Assembly (NCBI GenBank): GCA_964187785.1
Contig: OZ076416.1
Location: 3,348,001-3,412,000, forward strand
DNA: 64,000 bases
Reading direction: 5' to 3'
Origin: Amphiscolops sp. MND2022
Lineage: Eukaryota
Shown: positions 46,901-58,399 of the stretch, one piece after another
How positions within the stretch are numbered: position 1 is the stretch's first letter
Layout: every line of letters begins with the position of its first letter
Program-made: the position numbers and the translations under genes
The notes under the pieces: model-generated
What the model was told of the DNA's origin: nothing
The model's database searches: none
Seen by the model: only the letters and a program-made list of their open reading frames with translations

Positions 46901-49330
46901 ACAATTTGGTCTGTTATCTTCGGTTGATGTCGGGGTGGTTTCCCACTGCACCTGTGGATACCACGGTATGGAGCTCAAGGACTGATCTGAGGTTTGATCC
47001 TCCTTTGGTGACTTCTTCAAAATGTACAGTACGGGGAGTTGTGCTCGAGCTTCAGGCGGAAGCTCCGGATGGTTTCGGATGAATTTTCCGTGTTTGTCAA
47101 TATATGGTACAGTGGGGAGTTCTTCGTAGTCTTTCTGGGACATGAAGCTGAATCCCTTGCTCACTTCTGGTAGAGCTTCCACAATCTTCTCCCGATGCAC
47201 GTAGTCATTGGTCCTCTTGCTAAGACCGTCTGCGTTTCTGTGTTGCGTGCGTGGTCTGTGGATCGTCTTGAAGTGGTACTGGTCGAGGCGCGCAATCCAG
47301 CGTCCAATCATGGCCTGATCCATTGAATACGTCTTCAGCCACGAGAGAGCCTGGTTGTCCACGCGCAGCGTGAATTCCCGACCTGCAAGGTAGGAATGAA
47401 ACTTCTCAATGAAATAGAAAACCGCATACATTTCCAGTTTCGGGGCGCCATAATTCAATTGTGTTCGAGTCAGCGATTTGCTACCATAAACGATGGGACG
47501 AAGAATGGTTTTCCCATTGTGTTCTTGTTCTTGGTGCAGTATGCCGGCTATGGCAACTGCACTGGCATCTGTATCCAAAACAAAACGTCCTTCATCGTTT
47601 GGGGCTGCCAAAGTTGTGGCGTCAGCTAGTGCCTGTTTCACTGAATCAAACGCTTCTTGATGTCTTTCTTTCCAGTGGAAGTGTTGGTTCTTCTTTAACA
47701 ACTCCTGCATAGGCTGTACTTTGGCGGCGTGAAAAGGAATGAAGTCTCGGTAGTAGTTCGCGAATCCAAGGAAGCTTTGTAGCTCTTCTCTATTTCTTGG
47801 GGGCATCCACTCTTGGATTTTGCTTACGGCGGCCGGGTCTGGCTTTATGCCTTCGACAGAGACTACTCTCCCAAGGTATTTGGTTTCAGTGCGCATGAAA
47901 TCACATTTCTCGGCTCGCATCTTGAAACCGGCCTCTCTGAGACATTCGAATACTTCTTTGATTCTTTCCAAGTGATCTTCAATAGTCTCTGTCGCGATTA
48001 CTATGTCGTCAATGTATGCCATGACAACACTTCCATGCCGTTGTTGGATTCTTTGTAGAGCTCGAGTGATGGATCGCTGAAAAGTGGCTGATGCATTGCA
48101 TAGCCCGAAGGGCATGCGTCGCCATTCAAACAGGCCAAGCTCACACGCGAAGGCGGTTTTTCTGCGATCGCGCTTTTTCAGCGGGATCTGCCAAAAGGCC
48201 CACGCTAAGTCAATGCTCGTGAAGATTTTTGCATTCCCAATTCTCGAGAGGCTTTCATCAATTCTGGGCAATGGAAATGCGTCCTTCACAGTTACATCAT
48301 TTAGCGGGCGGAAGTCACAGCAAAAGCGAAGCTCGCCTGTTTTCTTTTTTACCATGACTATGCCACTGGCCCACGGAGAATAGGAGGGTTGTATCAGTCC
48401 AAGGGCCAGCAAATTTTGCACTTCTTGATTGGCTTTCGCTGCCTTATCAGGGGACATTCGCCTTGCTCCTTCTCGGTGTGGTATAGCCTCCGGCTCTAGC
48501 TCTATCCTGTGCTTTGCAATCTTACACCTACCTATGTCAGACTTATTTTTCATGAATAGATCTTCGTACTCATTTAAAATAGTCTCTAACTTGTCTCTCG
48601 CCTCTTCCCCCCATGAAGAAAGGACGGAAGAGAGGTCAGGGCCTGGGATTGCTTTTAGCAATTGAGGATCTGTTCGCTTTCGCTTTTCACTCTCTGACAA
48701 ACCTACCTCAGACGGTTCAGTCGAAGACAAAAAGTTTTGGGCAAAGGAACTAAATTCTGAACTAGTGTCCATGTCAATGTCTTTATGCACTTGATTTACA
48801 AATTCCACTGAAAGCTTCGAATCATCACCTCTATTTTGCAAAGGAACAGAGTTCAATACAAAAGTGGTGAGCGCCGCTTTGCCAATTACAGTCTGTGCTT
48901 TAATCCTTACCCGTTCTTTGTCAGTTTGATTTCGTAGAGCTACGAAAATTATACCCTCTGCTCCCACTGAGGTTAGTGTATCTTCTGAAACAAAGACCGA
49001 CTTGGATTTCATGTTACATGAGTGGACCATTACGTTACGAAAATGAAATTCAGCAGGTTGTTGCGTGATGATTTTCGCGCGCACAATTTTCCTTTCAAAC
49101 GGACCTAGGACTACTTCTTCAGCGGAAATGACAAATGATGGTTCGTGTTCACTTACCTCATGTACGGCTTTGAAGATTCTAGGCGTTTTGGGATCTCGGA
49201 TGGTTACTTTCAATGCCGTTAGATCCACCAATACGTTGTATGTACGCAAGAAATTTCGACCCAAGAGGAAATCCTCTGAACCAATGTGATCTGCTATAAC
49301 TACAAAGTTGGTCTTCAGAGTGTATCCTCA
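43922..49330 (-). CDS. pol: A2 Pol (end of PR, dUTPase-like remnant, RT, RNase H, integrase, long C-terminal tail)
   Basis: WASGIV...DFRPLN, IDLAWAFWQ, YIDD (RT); DTDAS, KLEMYAV, VDNQ, NADGLS (RH); HDESGH...CLTC, QFDH, QSDN, VERQN (IN); WRGPHKV (GPY/F). Confidence 0.95.
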
Positions 49331-52300
49331 AGTTGAAAGCTTACGTCTTCTGCGATACCAACGGTCGTGATGCTCTTGCCATTGGCAGCGAAGAGTTCAA
49401 TGTCATATGGCGACAAGTTCAACTCATGCTGGGATGCGATTTTCTTGTACGCACTCAAAGAAAGAATTGAGACTCCCGAACCGGTGTCTATCATGCCGAA
49501 GAGTGGTATCGGCTTTTGCTGAGGAGTTCCGAATGCAACGACTAGCGAGGCTCGCTCATCTATTTGTGCTTCTCCTTGTGCATCCTGCACTCCAATGTTA
49601 TAGCAACGTAGTTCTTGCCTGCCCAAATATAGGCCTTGCGGAAAGTGTCCTTCCAGGACAACAATCGCATCGAACCTCATGTCTACACCATCAACCGTGA
49701 TCGCTATGGGGACTGGTGCGATTGTCTTGACCTTCTGTATTGGGGCTAGCTTGGTCTCATCACTTCTGGTGAAATGTGGCAAGGGTCTCGAAGCTATGGT
49801 GAGATTGGTGTTGCGACAAAGTTCTTCTTTCAATTGAGCCAATGTAAGGTTGGGTCGTGCTTTCTGCTCTGCGGACAACAACAGATGGATGGATATAAGC
49901 GTCTCCGTACAATCAGGCGCTGGGGCTTCAAGCGTCGTTAGGATCTGTTTCTCGCCGCAAGTCACAACCACTGGACGTGATGGTCCTCCTTCTTCCGAAG
50001 TCGAAATCACTCTTACCTGGTCCTCAGTATTGCGAAAGTCTGTGGAGTTTGTGACCGGGGCGTACCACGCCGCTTTTACTTGTTCTTCTGTTGCAACATT
50101 GTCAGGCATCATGCAATCAGATGCCACGTGACCTGTGTGACCACAATTGACGCAAAATGCTGATGTTCCTTGTTCCGGTAGGGTTGCGGGCATCACATCA
50201 TTATTCATGCCGCGTGGGTTCGATGGGCACACCCACTCTCCGGCTTGGTTCGTGCGACATGAGTTGACTACTTGTTGTACTGGTTTCCGTGCTCGATCCT
50301 TTAAAGGACAATCAGCTACAAAATGCGAGGGGTCTCCGCAGTTGAAACATGTTCGCTGCGGTTGTTGTCTGAAAGCCGCAGGTTGTTGTGGGAGCTGCTG
50401 GGCGATGGGCGCTTGCGGGGCCGGTGCCTGCACCTGGTTTTGTTGATTTGCCAAGACAGGCGACTGTTGTTGTTGTTGCTGGGGTGCAGGATAATTTTCC
50501 GAACGGGCTGAACCACGCATGCGCAGGTATTGTTGTACCGTGAATCGTAGGGCCTCTACCGTTGGGGGTGTGTCCACATACTGTTCTTGCGCATACATGA
50601 GTGCGAGGTTGCGCTTCAAATCGAAGCTGCGCACACCTTCGATAAATCTTTGCATGATTTCGTAGCGTCTTACCGCAACTTCCTCGTTGGGAAAACCTTG
50701 GCTGCGCAAACCTTCCAATGCATCCAGATATTGCATGTGATCCTCATCTGGAGACTGATTGCGTGTGCGGAACTGTTGTTGTATTTGGATCTTGTTAGCT
50801 CCGGTTCCAAATCTTCGTGCTAGCAGCGCGAAGACTTTTTCATCAGTATCGCGTTCCGCTTCAGATTTGTTCGTAATATAGTCCCGTGCCTCGTTTTCTA
50901 AGAATTCCACAATGGTCCATGCCTTGTCCAATGGAGTGTCTTTCGCATGGGCTTTCTGAAGATATCGCTTCATCAACATCAGCCAACCATCTACTATTCC
51001 GTCACGTGTGCCACGATACTTGGTTGGTTTGTTTTTTGTTTCTTTCGCCGCTAGCAATGGTTCCAGGCCTTTGGACATCGCTGTTGTTATCGCTTCTGCT
51101 AGCGTTTGACTATGTATGGCGTTTGGAGCGTTACCTTTGGCGGGTTCTACCACTGTTGCTGTGTTCAAATTTCTTCTTGAAGTTGCCTTCCTCTGCGTGC
51201 TCGAGGCCAACGGCCGTAGTTGATCGTTACTGTAGGAGAGTACTGGGCGTTCTGCGCCAAGCATTGATGAGGCGGCAGTTTGATATTCCGTATTTCTCGA
51301 TGCTGTCTTCATGTCACTAGGCATTTGGCCACTGGTCGCCGAATAGTAATCTCCAGTCGTTGAAGCACCTCTCGCATATGGATCGAATGAAGGAGGGCCG
51401 GAAATTTGGCAATGTTGCACTTCAGTTTGGTTAGCCGTCGAGGCATGGGTCTTCGCCGGCCTTTTTTGGTATGTAGCAGGGGGTTGCAACTTTGGTTGTT
51501 TTGTGTGATCATTTTTCATCACATTTTGGCGTTGGGCAACTTCCCGATATGTAGGCCGCTGAGTCGGGAGCGCACTTGTAGATGGGGCATCTGCAGGGTT
51601 AAGTGCCACCGGCACAGGTGAGGAACGGCTTGGTATCGTCGCTATCACGGTCTTCACCCCTAGGGTTAAGTCTTGGACCGTGGTCATAAGGTCCACCATG
51701 CGTTTATCTACATCCAGGTCTCTGCGATGCATCATCTCAGACATGTTCTTGTGACGCTCCTCTGCTAGTTGGTCTCTTTGCGCCATTATGGCTGTCATTT
51801 CTGATATTCGCTTCTCCGTCAGGTCTTTAATTGATGCCACGGGTGTTTCGATTTTGCCTTGATTGGCGCGCCCTTCCAATTTTATTTCGGTTACGTCTTT
51901 TCTCAGCTCTTCCATTTTCATTTCCAGGACTCCTGCCCGCTGGATATGGTCATTGTTTTCTTGGGCCAGTTTTACCTGGACCCGTTTCAATTGCTCCATG
52001 CTATGTCCAAAGTCTTCCTTTATGGCCTCGGTTTCTCTAATGCCTCGGGTGATTGTTGAATTAGGGGAGGCTGCGCTGCCAGCGTCAGAGTGTTGGGATG
52101 TTGCCGTGCGCTCTAGCCGCAAAACACTGGGGTCCAGCATTGGTGGTGTGGCAAAGGCATAACTTTGGTGAGTCCAATCTTTCCTGGTTTTCCGTTTTCC
52201 CAGTTGGCTTCCTGAGGGGATCATCGCGGTATCACCCAACGTGTCCCTACTGGCTTCGAATACTGGTGCAGCGGAACCCGGTGGGTCTGCACTCGTGCCC

Positions 52301-52743
52301 ACATGTGGAGTAATGTCTCCCAAAGTCATCCCCACCTTTGCATTCCCTACCCACTCGCTGATGTCCGAGCTAGTAGCTATTTCTCTATTCGAGTTTGGCC
52401 AGTCCCCGGTAGCAATCACGGAAGTGTTTAAGGGAGGCCACACGTTGGTGCGGTTCATGGGTGTCCCAATTTCAATCTCGGCGCTATCCGGTGACGCCTG
52501 CGATGAGTTTGATTGGCTTGATTGGGCGATTCGCGAATTTTGCTCAACGTTAGACAGGTTATCTGACATGACGTCGTCTAAAAACATTTCGGCGATCACA
52601 TCTGGCGATGCCATTTCAGCCTGTGTACTAAGCGTACTTAATTCCTCTATGTCTCTCGCAAATGGGTTGGTGGCATGAAAGCCGACTATCTCCCAAGATG
52701 CTTCATTCAAGGGTATCAAATACTCCCATTCGCTCAAACTCAT
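49315..52743 (-). CDS. gag: A2 Gag-protease (1142 aa), separated from pol by a 1-nt deletion inside the protease
   Basis: Capsid-like YRG...DGWL...FL...ARDY; knuckles CFNCGDPSHFVADC and CVNCGHTGHVASDC; MIDTGSG protease. Adding one G restores QLGGYTLKTNFVV...LLGRNFL in frame with pol. Confidence 0.92.
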   Translation of the reverse strand: MSLSEWEYLIPLNEASWEIVGFHATNPFARDIEELSTLSTQAEMASPDVIAEMFLDDVMSDNLSNVEQNSRIAQSSQSNSSQASPDSAEIEIGTPMNRTNVWPPLNTSVIATGDWPNSNREIATSSDISEWVGNAKVGMTLGDITPHVGTSADPPGSAAPVFEASRDTLGDTAMIPSGSQLGKRKTRKDWTHQSYAFATPPMLDPSVLRLERTATSQHSDAGSAASPNSTITRGIRETEAIKEDFGHSMEQLKRVQVKLAQENNDHIQRAGVLEMKMEELRKDVTEIKLEGRANQGKIETPVASIKDLTEKRISEMTAIMAQRDQLAEERHKNMSEMMHRRDLDVDKRMVDLMTTVQDLTLGVKTVIATIPSRSSPVPVALNPADAPSTSALPTQRPTYREVAQRQNVMKNDHTKQPKLQPPATYQKRPAKTHASTANQTEVQHCQISGPPSFDPYARGASTTGDYYSATSGQMPSDMKTASRNTEYQTAASSMLGAERPVLSYSNDQLRPLASSTQRKATSRRNLNTATVVEPAKGNAPNAIHSQTLAEAITTAMSKGLEPLLAAKETKNKPTKYRGTRDGIVDGWLMLMKRYLQKAHAKDTPLDKAWTIVEFLENEARDYITNKSEAERDTDEKVFALLARRFGTGANKIQIQQQFRTRNQSPDEDHMQYLDALEGLRSQGFPNEEVAVRRYEIMQRFIEGVRSFDLKRNLALMYAQEQYVDTPPTVEALRFTVQQYLRMRGSARSENYPAPQQQQQQSPVLANQQNQVQAPAPQAPIAQQLPQQPAAFRQQPQRTCFNCGDPSHFVADCPLKDRARKPVQQVVNSCRTNQAGEWVCPSNPRGMNNDVMPATLPEQGTSAFCVNCGHTGHVASDCMMPDNVATEEQVKAAWYAPVTNSTDFRNTEDQVRVISTSEEGGPSRPVVVTCGEKQILTTLEAPAPDCTETLISIHLLLSAEQKARPNLTLAQLKEELCRNTNLTIASRPLPHFTRSDETKLAPIQKVKTIAPVPIAITVDGVDMRFDAIVVLEGHFPQGLYLGRQELRCYNIGVQDAQGEAQIDERASLVVAFGTPQQKPIPLFGMIDTGSGVSILSLSAYKKIASQHELNLSPYDIELFAANGKSITTVGIAEDVSFQLEDTL

Positions 52744-55700
52744 TTCGCTTGCTTGATTTCTTGCTTTTTATTGAGTAAAACTTTTCTCTGGTCCTTCGCT
52801 CACTCCTTCCCTTCAACAAATGAGACTGAAGTCAACTTAAATTGGAAGTTGTGGTGTCACTCCCTCAAAAGTTCTAATTAAACTATTTTACTATTAAGTT
52901 TCTGAGTTTGTAGCTTGTGCCTGCCCTCTAGGTTCTGAGTCAAGATTAGCTGACTTTTACAAACTTCAGACTCAAGATTACATATACTAACTCGAAATTA
53001 CATGCACTAACTCAAGATTACATGTTCTGGTGCTAATCACCACTAATCAAAACAGAAAGGTTTGCTTCCCCACTAACTGGAGATAGATATTCTACAAAAG
53101 TTAGTAAATAAAGGTTTTTTGTTTTTTTTTTGATGTCCTACTTAAGGATACTAAAGCTAATTCACACTAAGCTACACTTGATCCAGCCGCAGGCTAGGCG
53201 ATTGGAATGAACAGAAAAGGTTTCGGTACGCTAGCAGAGTTTTTCGGAGATTTATTCAAGAAATCACCAGTTGGCACTCTTTGGATGTACTCTTTATTAC
53301 TCGCGCTGCCCGTCGATTGGAGAGCACAAGTGGGATTACTGCAAATAGGGAACTCGGGGATAGACCTTGGGGGTGAGTAGATGCTAGGAGACTAACAAAC
53401 AGGAGAGTTTTACTAATCTGATCATTACAAGATCAATGGAAACACAGTTCTTCACACTTTCTGGTGCTACTGTACTTGATGTACTTTGGCGAGACGCAGC
53501 GCGTCCTAAGTCTAAGTCTCGTGGGAAACTCCTAAATGCGTCCTGGTTCTCACACTATGCTTCGCATTCGAAGTATGCGTGGCTACAACTATCAGTTCGC
53601 ACTTAGGTGACTCTGGTGGCTGTTAACAGAGAAAACACGATTTTGGTGTTTTTCGCTTCTACGTCTCGTTGACAATCTTTCCACGAACCCAAGATGTTAG
53701 GGTTGGGCTAGCTCTATTCCAATTGCTTCAATAGGATGTGCTATGGGCTAGTGGTGTTGCACTAGGGTTGTTTGAGTCCTCACTTGCAACTTTACCTACA
53801 AAAGGTATGCTATTTTGTTGCAAAAATTCTCAAAATCAGCGACTTTTTCGTCAATACGCACGCCTGGAACAGGTGAAAATCACTTCTAGAGCTAGTAGCG
53901 ACCTGAAAATTTAACACGGTATACTACTGTGGCCAAATCGTGGGAAAATCACCACCAATTGCGCTAAGATTGATTGCACGTGACTTGGGGTCGCTCAACA
54001 ATGTTGTTACAAATGTCTACAATGTTGTGAAATTTACACAAGTCTGTCAAACTCGCTTTCTAGGCTTCCTAGCTTCCTGAAATTTTCTATGCGAGCGTGA
54101 ATTATGCCCACGTAACAGAAAAACAAAATAGCGGGGTGGCCAGATCAATATTCTGCAATCCGAGTTGACAAAACTATGATGTACCCTATATGTCACTCTC
54201 TGGGGTCAAAATTCACAAAATTGTCAATTTCCCCAAGTTGGACAGTAGCAAGCTGCTCAAAATGCACAAATCATCGGGATTCAGTGCCGTATGTACGAAA
54301 ATGCAAGAATTTTAGTGCTGGGGTACCTGCAAGGTATTGCACTATGCTCAACTAAAATTCAATTTTTTCGACATTTTCGGATCATTTTTGAGCAAAACTG
54401 CAGTTAAGATTTCTCGATCACTAGTAATGGTAGCGCTACGAAAATTACACCACTAACGTAACTTTTTGCGGTCTACACGATGGTGCTATCCGTTCTGGGC
54501 TACTCTTACCAGGAGAGATTTCGACCCATCTTGGGTACACTACTCCAGTGTTCCGAAAATGTCGCAAAAATAACGCGTTTTTGGCTATTTCTCGGCAACT
54601 ACTGGTTGGAATCACTCGCGGTTTTCTGCGTTTGCAACGTTATACTCTGTACTAACAGAAATAAGGCAAGCAAAACCTGGCAGGTTCCAAATAAGGTCTC
54701 TCAAAATAAACTTCAAGTTGCACCTTTGACACTCTCGGAACAGTACTGAAAATACGTATTTTCACCAAGAAATTTTTATTTCTTTGTTCTCAGACGTTCC
54801 GAATGGTTCTAATAGTAATGTTAGAAGGTGTAACAACTTTATTTAGGGTAGTGGGGTTATTTCAATTATTAGTTTTGCTGTTATAACTCTCAGGTCTATG
54901 GGGTCCTCTACTCAGGTCTATGTATATCAAAGAAATTCGATGGTTAAAGTTTCAATTTTTATTGGGGGATGTTAAAAATTGTCTTGGTAGTAGTGTTTCG
55001 TACTACCAAGCTCGGGAATAACGTTTTTGGGCTGATCTAAAAGCTTGGGAACAAATGCCCAAGGCTTCGCCCTCACCAAATTTGGTATTTTTGGCCAAAT
55101 TTGATGTTTTTTTTTAACAAAAATCGCTAAATTTCTCGATGTTTCAACTATTTAGCCCAGCAAATTTTTCTGTTCCTGACCTGGCAGGTCTGATGGAACG
55201 TTTTTCATGTATTCCCACTGGCCGTACTCTTTTCTACAAAATTTCGACTTTCAAAATCTGTAAAATCACTATTTGAGCCTTATTTTACGTTATTTTTCAG
55301 GTTTTCGCGCTCAAATTTTCAATCGACTGGTTCAAACACCCTCAGGGTATTCTTTCCAGTTAATTTTAGTGGGAATAGGCCGGGGAATATGCTTTTTGGG
55401 CTTCTAAACTAAGGAAATAAGGGATTTCACCCGATTGTCGTGGGTATACTGCAATCACGGAGGTGACGGAGGTGCGATGACGCAGGGGTTCACCTACTGT
55501 CGTCAGCTAGCTGGGGCCTTCAGTGCTCGACCTCCTGGTCCCCATACATTGCAATTAAGCTTAAACAAGGCTAGAAGACCCTTTAAAACACAATCCGGTG
55601 AAGCCGGATGGTTAATTTCGACAATCAGAAACGGTATGGAAACGGTACTCTGTAATCACACGGTTATTTCTCATTCCAGACCCCGGAAACATGCAGGAAA

Positions 55701-55846
55701 CACAGGAAAAACACTAGTACAAGGCCCACAGGGCTAGAATAAGGCAATAAAAACAATCTAGGACCCACCAGAAGAATTTCCTAGATCCGGACCTAGCAGG
55801 GCCGGAAAGCAGGAAAAACTCCAATTATGGCGAAAAGATGGAAAAT

Positions 55847-55864
55847 GTCCCTTGTGGGGCGCCA
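55847..55864 (-). promoter_or_regulatory. A2 primer-binding site, tRNA-Lys(UUU)-like
   Basis: Minus strand TGGCGCCCCACAAGGGAC matches the tRNA-Lys3 PBS TGGCGCCCGAACAGGGAC at 15/18 positions; it lies 16 nt from the LTR end. Confidence 0.75.
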
Positions 55865-55880
55865 TAAAAACTATCCTAGA

Positions 55881-56588
55881 TGTAACGTCAAGCTAGCAGC
55901 TACATTCCAGAACTGGGACAATGCCCAGGTTGCATTAACAAGAGACCAATGTCTTATAACAACCTAAACATTAGTTTTTGGTCCCAAATGGTCTCTGCAG
56001 GGACTTTTCCAAGACGCCGAGGAGACTCCTCATATTAGAGCTCCGTGGCGACGTGCCGGCACACTCAAAGTCCGGACACGTCCCACAAGCACGTAAAAAC
56101 GTATCCAAAGGGTTCCTGCGGTCCTACATACCTCCGAGGTCTGAAAATAGGGTTTTAGTCAGAGTACATCTCAATTGAATGAATAACGTCTAAAATCACT
56201 AGTACAAGGATCTGGCAGATCCAACATCACCACATATCTGCAAATAGTAATCAACAACAACATAACTAATCAAATTAGGCTTTTCCAATGCTTCTGTATT
56301 GATTTTGCTGTTTTCCTCATCTTCTTCTGATATGGGACATCTGGATCGAAGGCCGTTTCCAATACAACATGCAGTTTTTTGGGGAGATGACACAATTTTC
56401 TTGTTTCCTCATGTCATGTGGGTGTCCTTTCTTCTCTTCTGGGCCGGGGGGTGGGGTTTTTTTGTTGTGTCCGCTTCTTTTTTTTTGATTTCAACGACCT
56501 GCTAGGTCGGCCATTTTGGATTCGCACATTTTCGACTTTTTCAACGAATTTTTGGTGCTAACTGGTATGTCGATTGGTGGACGTTACA
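55881..56588 (-). repeat. A2 5' LTR (708 bp)
   Basis: Direct repeat of 37419-38134, followed on the minus strand by the PBS. Confidence 0.95.
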
Positions 56589-58291
56589 TTTCTGGTGTAA
56601 TAGCTTCTCATATACTAAGAGAATGCTTCTTTCTCTCAAGAAATGAAATATGAACTACTCAAATTTTCAGTCGGCCTGGTCAGTTAACTAATAGGCCCGA
56701 CAATTGCACTGACGTTTACTTTTCGTTAAAATCATAATTTTAAAAGCCTTTTATTTTACTTGAAAAGTTGTCGCCATTGAAACTGAAAAATAAATGATCG
56801 TGAAACTGGCGTCGTAATTCCAAAAGATTTGAGTTCGGAATTTTTAAAAACGTTTTCTAACCGAACTAGCCAAATTTCTCGAAAGTAGCCCCGAAATCGG
56901 CGCCGAAGGAGGTGTCTGAAGCAAGACGTTCGAAGAAACGAAAAAGCTATTGGATAACTTTCCGATATTCCGACACCAGCAAAAACTTTTAGTTGAAACG
57001 TTTTTTTCTGTTTTCAAAATAATTTCAATTCTTGTTTCTTAGAGTTTTTTAAGGTAGATACTAACCAAGGTACAATGTTACCCAGACGTTTTCGGCTCAT
57101 CAAAATAATCGACATGGTCACACTCGTACTGTTACTTATCTTGGTCTAATGAGATATCTGAATTAAGTCGATTAATCTGACAAATGTTTAATTTGACAAA
57201 TGTAACTGTAAATGTATTTCTGAAGCGTACAGCCACTCTTGGAAAGTGGGGAACCAGAGTTTCATTCGAAAAAAAAATAATTTTACAAAAAATTCAGCAA
57301 TCTTTCTGAAATCAATTCGTTTCAAGTTTTGTCTTCAATGCTTATTCTTTTGAATCCAGAGACGTTAAAATTGGATCGAAATTTCATGTTACCGTGTTGT
57401 TACTGAATCACGTTGTATTTTTATTTCGATGTTTTTAAATTAGTATATATTTTTTTTCAATAAAATCGCGCTAATTTTGTGACACGTTTTCGATGAAAAG
57501 TCTTATTTGAGCTGCTTTTTGGTCACCCATAGAAGTGCAGTAGACAACAGAAAATAACAAAGGAATAAAACGACAAGATGCTCTTTGGAAATGTCAGATG
57601 TGTTCATTTACTGCGAAAAAGTTCTGACTGCCGGAAAATGATGAAACTATGCTCTTCAGACGTAAACAAACTCCAATTTAATTGGAACACGTGTTTTAAA
57701 GGCACCATCAGATTTTCCAATCATGCAATTTTCAACATGACCGTTTTTGCTGTGCGACAAGGAATCAATGTCTGAAGCTCGTGAATGCAATCGATGACGT
57801 TAACAATTTGTGGTGATGTTGTTTATGAGCAAAACTTAGGAAATCCGTGAATCGAAGTTTCAAATTGCGGCATTCTTCCTATGACCGCAGCAGATTTTTG
57901 GGCCTGAATACTTAGTTGTGTTTTTGTTATATATTACAATATTTTCGAACACGACAGAACAGAACAGAACAGAACAGAACAGTTAATTCGATTGGATATA
58001 CATGACACATAAAAACAAGATGACTTTCATATGAATGTAACTAGAACGTATCCAATCAGGACACTAAAAGAGCAGACTTCTCGTCAAGTCCCAGCCCTTA
58101 GAAACCGATAAGTTGATGAATAAGGTAGAAGCAACTATTTTTTTCTACAGAAAACAGATCAAAGATTTTGGCATGATCTTTCTCATATCGAATATTATTT
58201 CCATACTCAAAAAAACAATCATAATACCTCTCTATTGTCACGTTTTTACACACGATTTTCAAACTCTGGCAACGGCACTCAAAGTTTTGAC
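56589..58291. repeat. Right copy of the 1703-bp host duplication
   Basis: Starts TTTCTGGTGTAATAG immediately after the LTR CA and ends AAAGTTTTGAC, as does 35706-37408. Confidence 0.95.
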
Positions 58292-58399
58292 CATCAGTCC
58301 AATCTATCATGTGTCAAACTTCAACATCGTTTACTCAGAAACTGGAAAGTGTTGGAACAGAAAGTGATTTTTCATCCGTTTTAGGGCACAAAATCCGAT

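Larger units (their letters stand above)
37419..56588 (-). mobile_element. Element A2: 19.2-kb Ty3/Gypsy LTR retrotransposon with gag-pol-macrodomain and a large ORF3
   Basis: Paired LTRs, PBS, PPT and a complete gag/pol motif set. Confidence 0.97.

Noticed and set aside
49315-49335. Programmed frameshift between A2 gag-pro and pol
   Set aside because: The break falls in the middle of the protease domain, has no slippery heptamer, and one added G restores a normal sequence; it is a mutation or sequencing error.
38845-52678. Numerous 60-145-aa plus-strand ORFs opposite A2 genes (similar ones opposite A1 and B)
   Set aside because: Shadow ORFs expected on the antisense strand of GC-richer coding DNA; no recognisable motifs.
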